Part shown: positions 13,601-24,674 of the stretch, one piece after another
How positions within the stretch are numbered: the stretch's first letter is position 1
Layout: each line of letters starts with the position of its first letter
From: Trichoplax adhaerens
Taxonomy: Eukaryota; Animalia; Placozoa
Length of the DNA stretch: 64,000 nt
Assembly (NCBI RefSeq): GCF_000150275.1
Contig: NW_002060951.1
Span: 1,870,297 to 1,934,296, forward strand
Direction: 5' to 3'
Position numbers and translations under genes: made by a program
Notes under the pieces: generated by a model
What the model saw: the letters and a program-made list of their open reading frames with translations, nothing else
Database searches by the model: none
Told to the model about the DNA's origin: nothing

Positions 13601-16552
13601 GCAAACATATCTTACGTTATCCATCCATAATTTTAGTTCACCTTCATACCCTCCTTAGAATCAAAAGTAATAGTATATGTGTTAGCATATTTCTGCCGAT
13701 AGTGTGCTGAGTAAAATACCTAGTAATATTATAATTTGCACGCCATGACGTGCAAGGAAAGCTACTTTAAATAATAGCAATAACGATATCGATATTATTG
13801 GTAAAATGACAAATATGTGAAATTGTTGCTAATGCATATCTTATGTATTCTATCCAGAGATCAGCCTGGAATGCATTAATTAAAAATCATTAAAGAGAAA
13901 TTATACGCGCAATTACATATATCAAAAGGCCGACAGATAACTTAATAATAATATCGATATGCTAGTGTATGTCCATTATCACTATCGTAACGGGAACAAA
14001 ATGAGCGATAAATTTACCTGCCTAACCACTAATCACAAAGTATGATATTATGTTTATATCAATAATTAATTGAATGACTTCCCTATCTGATTCATTACTA
14101 TAGCTATTGTAAGTTAACAGTCTGTGTTAAAAAAATTTGTGGCTTCTTTCATTAAAACTGATAACTGATGCGTAACATATAGTAATTGCGATTAAATTAT
14201 TCTATGAGTCTTGGTTATATCGATGAATAAAATGCCGGTAATGAGAAATAAAATTTATCAGAAATTTGATGTTAGACAATAATTAACATTATCTTACTGA
14301 AATAAAAATAATTTATTATGAATTAATTGTAAACACAACGATCGGATACTCTATTTATGGAAGCCTGAAATTATCGCTCTGATTTTGTTCTTACAGTGCA
14401 AAATCTTCTTCATACGTACATAGTGAAACTGTACTAGTTAATCAATTCAGAATCAACTGGTTATTTCGGTTGAGATTAATTAATTATTGAAGAATGTTCC
14501 TGTTAGTAGGCTGATATGATAGTTGCTATAGCTATTATAGTTAATAGTTTGTTTCTAAATTCTTTGATCATAAACATAATAATCCAAATACTGTATCAGC
14601 TATAAAATTCACAGATATTTCTTTAATAAAGAGCCCTTGGTTAACAGTCTAAGGTAAATATAAATGGATATTTGCTGAACTCACATTGTCTGGACGTTTT
14701 AAATATTTATACTAATTTCTTCAATACAACGTACCTACAACGTTAGGAGAAATCATTTAAATAATGCAATTTAAAAAGCATCTTATCGGTAGTAATTGTT
14801 CAAGTCTCTTCCTCCAGTGATAGTGTTTCTCTACCAATTAAATATACAAAGAGAGCATTCTTCTTAGTGTACAAAATTTGAGAATTACCATAGTAAGCAC
14901 CTTAAGTTAGATTTCATGCTAGAATTAAGTATTTTTTACTTACCGATTAGAAATTAACGAGATTTCTTTATGTCATATTCTATTCAGATTAGTTTTTATG
15001 GTCCTAACAGTAAGAAAAGTTAACATCTAGATATCCAAAATATGATAATTTATTTTAAATACCGGTACGCTCAGTGTCTTAAATTTTCTATCTTCCGTTG
15101 ATTCATGCAAACAGAAGCTATTCTTCGAGCAATAATTTTTACAGTACATCAGAGATTTATCAGCACTTTTCACAACTTCAAACCGAGAATCTGTCTTCAT
15201 ATAATTTTTCTAATGATTTCTATTCTATGAGCGTTTAATGCAAATAGTAACAGCTCTATACTTCTACAAAACCAATTTTTAATGTACAGGTTATCAAAGG
15301 GTAAAGATGAATAATATCTACTGAAAGGTTTTGACTATCATGAGCTCTATTCATAATATAGTATACTTGGCTTACAAACAGATGAATTATTCATATTCAA
15401 GCTGCTCCGTTTCACACAGAATTTAAAACTCTCTGTTAGAATTGGTTCCGTTACTTCATTATTATGAAACAATAAGGCTGAGAAACACGTTGCAGTACTT
15501 TTAAAAGACAGAGTAAAACTTTACTGCTTACCGCTGGAAAATATCAAGTAAAATATTGAACTCGTTGTTGGAGATCAATTATGCTATTTTAATCCAATTA
15601 AGTAAAATTTCGATAGTTTGGTATAGTTCAATATCTGTAAACGTATGTTAGTAAAAATACAATTTACTACTGATCACTTCACCAGTTAATTTTAATGAGG
15701 TGGCATATGTGGTACTACTTTAATCTGAAATCTGTAAATGCCATCGCTTTATCATGTTAATGAAATATTTCTAATGGAAAGTATCCCTAAATTGCATGGA
15801 ACAGATGATTTATGAATATAACCTCAGTAGGATTATGTATTTGCATAATTAATTAAATTACAAGATAATTGGATCATAAGGGACGAAAATTAATGGCTGG
15901 GATATTTCCAAAAGGACACAATGCCTATAGAAAGCAATAATTGTGATATTAGGTAGAAAAGAATTACAAACAAAGTCATTTCATTTTCTTGAATATACAA
16001 CACACCATTACCTATCGACTCTTTTGGTAAAAGATATTAAAAAATTGACGCTTAAGATGCGTTTGTTTTATTATTCTATCTTCATCCGAAATTTGTGGTA
16101 CTTACTTTATTTAGAATAATCGTCAATTTAATAATTGATTTTCTCAACATACAAGGTGCTGACAGCGATACTTATCGGTATTAAAATCATCAAAAAGTAG
16201 ATACTTGTCATTTCCTTAACTGGCTTTGGAGCGTTCGCCGTTTTAGTTACAAGTTTACTGAGTACATATTATTTATGAAAGTCTAAATGTTTATCTTTTA
16301 ATTAATTTCAGATCAAGCATACAAAATTAATTCATCGTTTATGTTGGGTGGTCCGAGATCATCGTTATAGTGTAATTCACAATTTAATATTGTATATTTT
16401 CTTCCAGTCATCGAAATCTTAACTTTAGGCTAATTTTTCTCCTTTAATTTTGGCAATTCTATCGTAAATACTTGAATTCAATAAAGTGACCAATATAGAG
16501 CAAAGAGAAGAAAACTGACATATTACATATACGCATTACTATTTAATGTTTG

Positions 16553-17704
16553 ATGCAATCCATCATGGATGAAAATCTATTGAGTAACCACAGTGTGATT
16601 GATAATAATAGCTTGATAACAATATCACCTGCAGTCTCTCTAAACGTGGTAACGTTATCACCATTCCAAATTACGTTTCTGACGCTTTATATTACGCTTG
16701 GTTTAGTTGGTTTGGTAGGCAATCTGGTAGTTGTCGCTAGTTTATTGATCGGTAAGCATAAACTGCAAAAGGCAACGGATATCTTACTTTTAAACTTAGC
16801 CCTTGCTGGTTTACTGATCTCTGTTTTTCATATCCCATGGATGCTAGTGACTCAAATTTTCACTTCAGGCGTTTGGCTGTTTGGCCAGGCAATGTGTAAA
16901 ATTTATAATACTGTTACTTTGTTCTCTGTGCTCTTGATATCATTTACTCAAATGGCCATTTGTATCGATCGTTATAATGGTCTGAGGGGTATAGCAAAAT
17001 TAAAGTGGCGATTAACAATTCGACGGGCAGTACTAGTTGTGATTATCATTTGGTTGAGTGCTCTGGCAATGTGTTATCCATACTTACGCTATCTATCTGT
17101 TATGCCAAGCAATTTTGATAATCAGTCTTATTGCTTATTAGATTTGCCCCTTGTTCCTATGGATTTTTCCATCAATGAGAAACATGTTAGTTTCGTTTAT
17201 TTTATTTGCGCCGTTATTTACTTGCTGGTTGCTTATGTAATCCCCTGCATAACTATGACTATCTTATACGTTCTCATTATACGTATCTTGCGCAAGCAAC
17301 GATTTAAAGCTAATTTTTTAAAGCATCTTTATCAACAGTCGATATTCGTGCATAACTTGGTTAGGAAAGAGAGGGTAGCGAAAATATTTATAACATGTGT
17401 CGTCTTTTTCTTTGTTTGCAACCTACCAAGTAGCATTTTCTTGTTATTTCTCTTAACTCATATTATTTCACGAGAAGTTTATATTAAAGTACGACCATTC
17501 CTAGCTATAATTCAAATATTTGGTGTCGTTTCCAACGCTATCCTGTATGGTTCTGTAAATACGAGGGTTAAAAGGTCTTCAAGTAGTATAAGGCGCAAGA
17601 TTGGCGGCACATTATCACCAAGTATGTCAAATGCAAAGATCAATCTTAGGAAAAGGCGATTTAAACCAAAGACTCTTAAATCTAGTTTATCGCAATCCCA
17701 TTAG
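16553..17704 (+). CDS. Class A GPCR, paralog of 9469-10629, single coding exon
   Basis: The track ORF starts at TTG 16550 and the first ATG is at 16553. Motifs: GNLVV, NLALAGLLISVFHIPW, WLFGQAMCK, IDRY, SNAILY. It is colinear with the 9469 protein over the whole 7TM domain. Confidence 0.93.
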   Translation: MQSIMDENLLSNHSVIDNNSLITISPAVSLNVVTLSPFQITFLTLYITLGLVGLVGNLVVVASLLIGKHKLQKATDILLLNLALAGLLISVFHIPWMLVTQIFTSGVWLFGQAMCKIYNTVTLFSVLLISFTQMAICIDRYNGLRGIAKLKWRLTIRRAVLVVIIIWLSALAMCYPYLRYLSVMPSNFDNQSYCLLDLPLVPMDFSINEKHVSFVYFICAVIYLLVAYVIPCITMTILYVLIIRILRKQRFKANFLKHLYQQSIFVHNLVRKERVAKIFITCVVFFFVCNLPSSIFLLFLLTHIISREVYIKVRPFLAIIQIFGVVSNAILYGSVNTRVKRSSSSIRRKIGGTLSPSMSNAKINLRKRRFKPKTLKSSLSQSH

Positions 17705-19793
17705 TATTCCAATCTTGTATTTCGATGCAGAATATAATGAAACTTTACCGCTAGTATCTTATTCGTAATTTAGTCAAACTTTTATTTTCATTTTACGGCT
17801 AAAGTCTATGTTAGCAACGCAATCCGGTTAAAAATACTATCTACTCTCGCACTAAGTGTATGTATAATGATGCCTCAATGATGATTTCGTTTGTTTTCAA
17901 AATATTTGACGTGACTAATAAAATGAATTGCTACAATATTTCTGATCTTACAGTATTTAATACAATAAATTAACGCACAACTGGGGTAAGGTAATCTTTC
18001 ATGGTATAAATTACTGAAGTCTAAAGTGAGTTTTAATTTATAGTGCCTTAATTTAATAAAGTGTTTTTATCTACAATTTAGAAAGCAGTGATGTTTACAA
18101 TTAATTGAAATATCTGTAAATATTTCTAATCGTTATATTTCATCTGTTTTAAAATTTTCTTTCCCGCAATAGATGCGTAAAAAACTAATAAAAACTGATA
18201 TCTTGGCTGAATAACCAATACAGAGAATAATTATTTCCGCTCTTTCGATTGCAATGGCTAAGTAATATCAAGCTATCATAGAATAACATACAATAAATTA
18301 TGGCGATCAAATTGCATCACGTACATTATCGATCGAATCCGATACTCTGGTTTTAAACTGTCGATTAAATTATAACAATTATTGAATCAAAAATGATGAT
18401 ATTTCCCTCATAACAGTAGCCTAAACTGTATAAAATATCAATGATGGGCTAATATAGCTCCAGACTATTCTTTTACTTTTTTATCGAAGACAACGTTAAT
18501 TTTTCTGCTTGTTTGGTGTCCTAAAATAAATGAAAAGGTTAAAAGCTATAATCGTAAGATTAATCGCGATTGTTTACTTATTCGATGCAATCACAACAGT
18601 TATCTTATGAAATACTGCCATAATAAGTATGCTTGTAGAAATTCTACGTAGACTTCCCTTTTATTCTATCATTCCAGCATTCATAACTATATTACGTATA
18701 TCAATTAAATTAAATATTAATTATAGTGCTTAAAGACTCAATAAGGATCTATACTGTAAGGATATATAGGTGTTTAGAATATTACTGAATGAAATCTCCA
18801 TCAACTCCACAATAATTAAAAATTGATTAGCACATTCCTTATTATACTGATGCTGCTGTACACACATCTGAAACTAAATTTCAAAATTGTAATCGATGAT
18901 ACACTATGACGCAGGTAGCATGTTAGATGGTAGGGGTTAAATATAGTTGCATTGAAGACTAGATACAATTCTAAGAATAAGGGTAGTTTTATGTAAGACT
19001 ATTATCAACTATGACAACCAAGACCTCTCGATCTATTCAGCGGGTAAGCTTGTAGTATTATAAGACTCTCCTTAGATTTAATAGGAAGGGCAGGTGAAAT
19101 TAGTAACCCAATACTAATGCACTAAACGCACAGTATTACAATGGTACAATCACTTATATATCTTTAGACAAAATATCGCATAGATTTCATCAAGTAATTA
19201 TTCATGTCAGCTGCAGCCAACAGGATTGTTACAGTATGGTGCTGGCGTTTTATGCATTACATAAAAATATCAATAAGATTATACTATACTGGATGCGCTT
19301 TCTGAAAAAAATCTTTATTGCCTATTTTTTGAAGTTATGTTATTCATGTACATTATATGCTAATCTAAATAATCCTTTACTGCACTAAACAGTAACCTTA
19401 CTACAAGTACGCAATTTGAATATGTTTAAACTGTAGCATGGGCAAAATGCAATTAAGTCAGTTTTTCATTTGTAAAAAACATAAAGTTATCCAGTACGAT
19501 CTAAATTGGTTATAAAGTTTACACTAGCAATTTTTCTACAGTTAGATTCTATATAATATATTGACATACTCGAATATATACATTCTATATTATTTTAAGA
19601 TCATATTAACGGTTAGTTATCGAATATTTACAATTTCCGATAACGTTTCTTATTACTTATAAGATATAAATAAAAAATGGAATACAGCATCATCGTCAGT
19701 AAATAGTAGATAAGATTGAAAATAAAATTATGTCAATACTAGCAATTTGTAAATTGCTACCTTATAAACATAATACCAATGGATAGAATCACT

Positions 19794-22391
19794 TTATGCA
19801 GCTATGCTATCACGAAATGTGCTAGCTCTGGATGATGACGCTTGCATCGAGCTTGCTCTAGATTTCGTTATCGTTTCTAAAAAGTAAGAAATTTAAAAAC
19901 AATTTTAATGTATAAGTTAACATTGCTATTCAACCACAACGAAAATATCTATGTTAAAACTATTAACATTTGATTTACTGAGATTCGGATAAGTTAATCT
20001 CTTTATTACCATGTTTCATCAAGATATTCCCATTTATGATCATGTCATTTACCTAATTGTAGCATTACAGTAGTGTATCCGTGGGCGTCCAAAATTATTT
20101 CGATGACTGATAAGCGCAATTAGGTCTATTATAAAGTACTGTACTGTATATCTCACTAATACAGGATGTCATTTACATCGCTGAAATTGATGGTCGAAGT
20201 ATACTTTAGATCAATTCAAATGATGTGATAATTTCATTTACTGGAATAATTGTAAAATAAGCATATCCACTTTCTGCTATTAATTATATTTACAGTTTTA
20301 GCTCACATTAGGTCGATGAAAAGTAATTATGGTACAGTCATATAGCTTAATACAAGAACTACGGTGAATATTTCAAAGAGTCTTTCTTTGGCTATTATCA
20401 CAGATATCAAGTATTAGGATAAAATAGCTAAATATAGAATAGAGCTAATGTTCATAAAAGGGTGATATGGCTTAAAGTATAGTATATTTGTTTTTGTACC
20501 TTATAATTTGAAGCAGTTACAACTCATTACGTTAATTGCCAATATATTCGTATTTGTAACACTTATGATATTGTACCTGCATTCTCTCTAGCTAGACCGA
20601 TCATGATTGTACCCCAAATAATGCTCCAAAACCAGCCAATTAAGCAAAAAACGATACAAGCGAACTGTATTACACCAACACTGACGTTAATTAAGCACTG
20701 TTTTAATTTTCGAAAGCGATCCTTTTTCTTTTTAACCTCATGGCAGAGCAGGCTAAGCCCAGAAATAATCGTTCCTACGATAAATGCATAAAATAGTTAA
20801 ATTTAAAAGGCAATAGCTTATATCATACAGTTAAATATTTAAGCAGGTCTTTGGATATTGAATATTCGTACTGGATATTTGCTGATTTATCTATAGTACA
20901 GAATTTAGTAAACTGCTATTACAAATTGGAGTTCTAATATAACTGAAAATATCATCCGCTTGGAATATGTTTAAGTGTTCTTAAATAGATAGAAAAATTT
21001 GCCAGGCTGATAGTTTCACATGAATAAAACTCTAATGAATATAATCGCAAATGCTATTGACTATAATATCGCAACTAAATAATTTAAAATGAAATTCCTC
21101 AGGTGAATGAAATAATTATATTGGGCATCATTTACTATCTAGACTACTGCTCAATTACAAATTTAGACACAGAAATCTGGGTACGTTAATGAAATTTGTG
21201 TTAACACTTCTATTTCAGTGCAGAGCAACGCTAGGAAGTTGTAGTATACATTTATCAAAATTTCACGAAACTATAAACGTAAAGATCCTGGTACTAATGT
21301 GGCTATGAATTAAAAAAACCAATGATACATTAGTTATTATCATTTTACGGGAAAATTACTTTGGTCAACTTATCTATGAGAATCGATTACAATAAATAAT
21401 AAAGAATCTTATTAATTTTTTTTTGCTTATAAATAGGAGTAATGAACTCATTTAATAGAGTGGTATAGGAAGACATTACAAAATCTGGTTCATTGTAGCA
21501 ATTTGATCGATTGATATTAGCGGTAATTAGCAACAATAAATTAATTGTTAGCTTCTAAATGACAAACGCAACTAAATAGATAAAAATTAAGAAACAAAGA
21601 CTATCACTGCCTATTGACTCATTAACCGCAGTAGATAAGTTTTAAAGTTAGGTAACTAACGTACCTGAGCCTGGAATGATAAAATTGAATATACAACAAA
21701 TTATCGCAAGCCACATTGGCAGGACAGGGATAGAAGCTTTCATAGTTACAGGGCCTTCTTCTACTGACTGGTTATCTTTACCTGTTGAAGAGTTTTTACC
21801 CCATACTTGCGAATTGTGTCGTGAGCTTACACTTGCATTATGTTCAAGAAGAAATGCAGCTTTATGAACTAATGCTTCAATGTTAGGTGTCGTAGATCGT
21901 CTAATTTCACTAGGCTCTCCCTCATCTCCGCTTGTTCTATTAGCCGGTTCCTCCTCTTCTTTAATCTCGTTAATTATTGGTACAGTATCATTATTTGGTG
22001 CACTATTGCTAGTATCATTGGTGTTTTGATTTAAATTTTCTTCTTTCTGATTAATTAACTTGACAGCTTGACCGTTACCTATGTCGTTTTTGCCTTTCTT
22101 TTTATTATTAGCATTTTTTTCAACTGTTTTCTTAAATTTACCCACTGCAGGACCGGTCTTATTTCTAGGCCCTTTAGCGGTCATTGGTCTCTTCTTTTGG
22201 TTAGCAACGACATTGGTGGTCGTCGATGTTTTCTTATTAATCGGTGGTAACTTAGTTCCAGTATTAGTACTGTTATTAGAACGACTTGCGCTAGTTTTTA
22301 ATGCCGATTTGGTTGGTTTGTTTATGTTGTTTGTAGCGGGATTGCTGTCATCAGTTGTACTTGTTGTTTTCTTTTCCGGCGGTTGTGACAT
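19794..22391 (-). CDS. stum: SPEC3/stum-family membrane protein with long low-complexity N-terminus (3 coding exons)
   Basis: Exons 22391-21665, 20774-20577 and 19876-19794 join in phase via GT-AG: ...IPVLPMWLAIICCIFNFIIPGSG|TIISGLSLLC...INVSVGVIQFACIVFCLIGWFWSIIWGTIMIGLA...|...RDSIAA*. This is the SPEC3/stum signature. A probable non-coding 5' exon lies at 22677-22536. Confidence 0.85.
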
Positions 22392-23713
22392 CCTGAAATA
22401 AAGTTTTCTTCTTGTTAACTTTACAAACAATTATTTTGTATTTTATCATCGTGCTGCGTATGAAGTAATGAAAGTATAAGCTCCTAAAATCAATGAGCTA
22501 ATAAACTACTTCTGTACATTTATTTACTTACTCACTTTTAAGATTTGATTTTTAATTATTTATGATATCTGAACTTGTTTTTGAACCCTTTTGGATGATC
22601 AAGTTGGATTAATGTCTAAGCAAACGAATGGTATCATCAATATGTACAAGTGTTACAGATAGGTTGGGACCAGTGGACTGTAAAATGTTACGGCTATACT
22701 TATACTGTAGACAGAATAGTAAAAAACATACTAGCAAATAAATACAATCTACTATATATATATTGAGTAGTTATTCCCTAACTAGATGAAGTACTTTAGA
22801 TTATTATCTGCAGTATATTAAAAAAATAACATGAATACAATACATTGTTATCGCATTGGCTATTTATTTTCGGCGTCAATAACTGTTTACTTTATTGTTC
22901 TTAATTTTTATAAGTTGAATTGTTTTCAACACGTGAATACAGTTCATTTTTCTATCCTTAGTAACGCAGTCTAAAAGGACAAGGGATATCCTTACTCATT
23001 TACATAAATTATTATTTAGTAGGGCTGAGCAAATCCTTTTTAGCTACTGCTTCGGCACTGTATCAATGGAATATTCGGTATCATACTTTGTTCGATAGTT
23101 CAAGCAAAGGCGATCAATACATTTTAATGCAACTAATTATACGGATGAGTATGATCGTATTACAGTAGTATATAACTTAGACTGTTGCTGCATTTTGCAA
23201 AACTCATCTTTGCGTCCACGTTGTTTTATTAAAATAAGTCGGAAGTTGATTTATTGATAGTCAAACATGGGAAATAACAAGATCCAATTTGAATAAATTA
23301 ACATACAGTGTCCATCCTTTTAACGACTATTGTCACTTTGCATATCAGATTTTTCGTAGATAGAAACACAGATACGCGTATTAATGATATAAATGATTTA
23401 TGACATTAATTATTCGTTGTCAATATTAGCTAAACATTTCCATAGCAGATTATGGAACTACAGCAGACTATGACACTTGAAAGTTTGTTCATTTTTGACA
23501 CCACTTTCAAGGTAGTGTACGACTCCATTATTATGCTTATACGTGTGTCAAAGCCTTAGACGCTCAAAGGCTCTTCACTTTCCCATCAACACTAATCATC
23601 CTCACTCATTCTGTCCGTCCGAAAGAGTATTAAATCGACTGGAAGGAAACTGGCTCAGCCGGTTCCAGCATGATTTTGGCAGGAGCTGACTGTAACTCAA
23701 ACCGGCTTTTGTA

Positions 23714-24019
23714 TACAGTACCGTACTGTCGGTTACTAGACTCATGTAATTCCTGTACAGTGTACTGTACAGTACAGTACAGTACAGTACAGTACAGTAT
23801 AGAGATTTTTCTTACCTCTAATGTACAGTACAGTACTGTACAGTACAGTACTGTATTCATTAGTAAGAGATTTCTTTGTGAAACGTCCCAGCTCTTGATG
23901 GTCTTGTTCAGATCTTGAAGACTACTGACCAGAGCATACCAGACCATGATTATGAAGACCTCCACTGAGTCTACAGTCTACAGTACTGTACTCAGGCGTG
24001 CACTGTACTGTAGAGTACA
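23714..24019. repeat. (GTACW)n pentamer arrays (TACAG/TACTG), stum-side block of the stum/DLAT divergent region
   Basis: Runs such as gtactgtacagtacagtacagtacagtacagtacagta at 23762-23798, with further runs at 23823-23855 and 23971-24019. Confidence 0.9.
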
Positions 24020-24248
24020 GCCACGAAATCTTTTTCACGTAGGCACTGCAGTTTGGATTTGCACGTGATGCGTATTCATCAAAAATAGATATTGATTGGT
24101 TAAGAATGCTTAACAATGTACTGTACATTAACAATAATTTCTTCGGATTTTACGCGTGGTGCGTGTTCGCAAAAGATCGATTTTGATACTAATGCCATAG
24201 ACTTCTAAGACTATTTTTTTTAGTCTTTTTTAAAAGTCCTTCATGCCA

Positions 24249-24510
24249 TACTGTACAGTCTACAATACTGTACTGTACTGTACTGTACTGTAGGTCTTCC
24301 AGGTCTTTTCTTGTACTGTACTGTACACTGTACACTGTACAGTACAGCACTGTACAGCACTGTACTGTACTGTACGACGTACTGTACAGTACGTGTGTCT
24401 TGTCTTGTCTTGTTTTGCACTGTACAGTGGTGTACAGTACTGTACTGTACAGTACAGTAATCCGTACTCTTGCACTCTGGTATTTTACCATACTGTACAT
24501 TGTACAGTAG
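24249..24510. repeat. (GTACW)n pentamer array, DLAT-proximal block, with an embedded (GTCTT)n variant
   Basis: Dense tactgtactgtactg/tacagtacag runs, plus gtcttgtcttgtcttg near 24397-24412 with the same 5-bp period. Confidence 0.9.
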
Positions 24511-24674
24511 GTGCTCTTTTTCTCGTACTGGTACGTATCAGCTGTCTGTCCGTGCTCCGCAACGATTTTGCTCCTTGCCCAAGGGACAGTAGTCAAGATT
24601 GATTGCTCCTTGGCATCACTTGCAGTCACTGTAGCAGGTAAAACCAGCAGATAGATAGAAGCTGAAAATTCAAA

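Noticed and set aside
22081-22401. 106-aa hydrophobic plus-strand ORF resembling a membrane protein
   Set aside because: It is the antisense shadow of the Lys/Asn/Thr-rich stum exon.
23714-24510. CRISPR-like repeat/spacer alternation
   Set aside because: Eukaryotic context, 5-bp unit, irregular block and spacer lengths, and no cas genes.
23630-24629. Track ORFs rich in YSTV/TVLYC/CTVQ
   Set aside because: They are translations of the stop-free (GTACW)n repeat, open in several frames on both strands.
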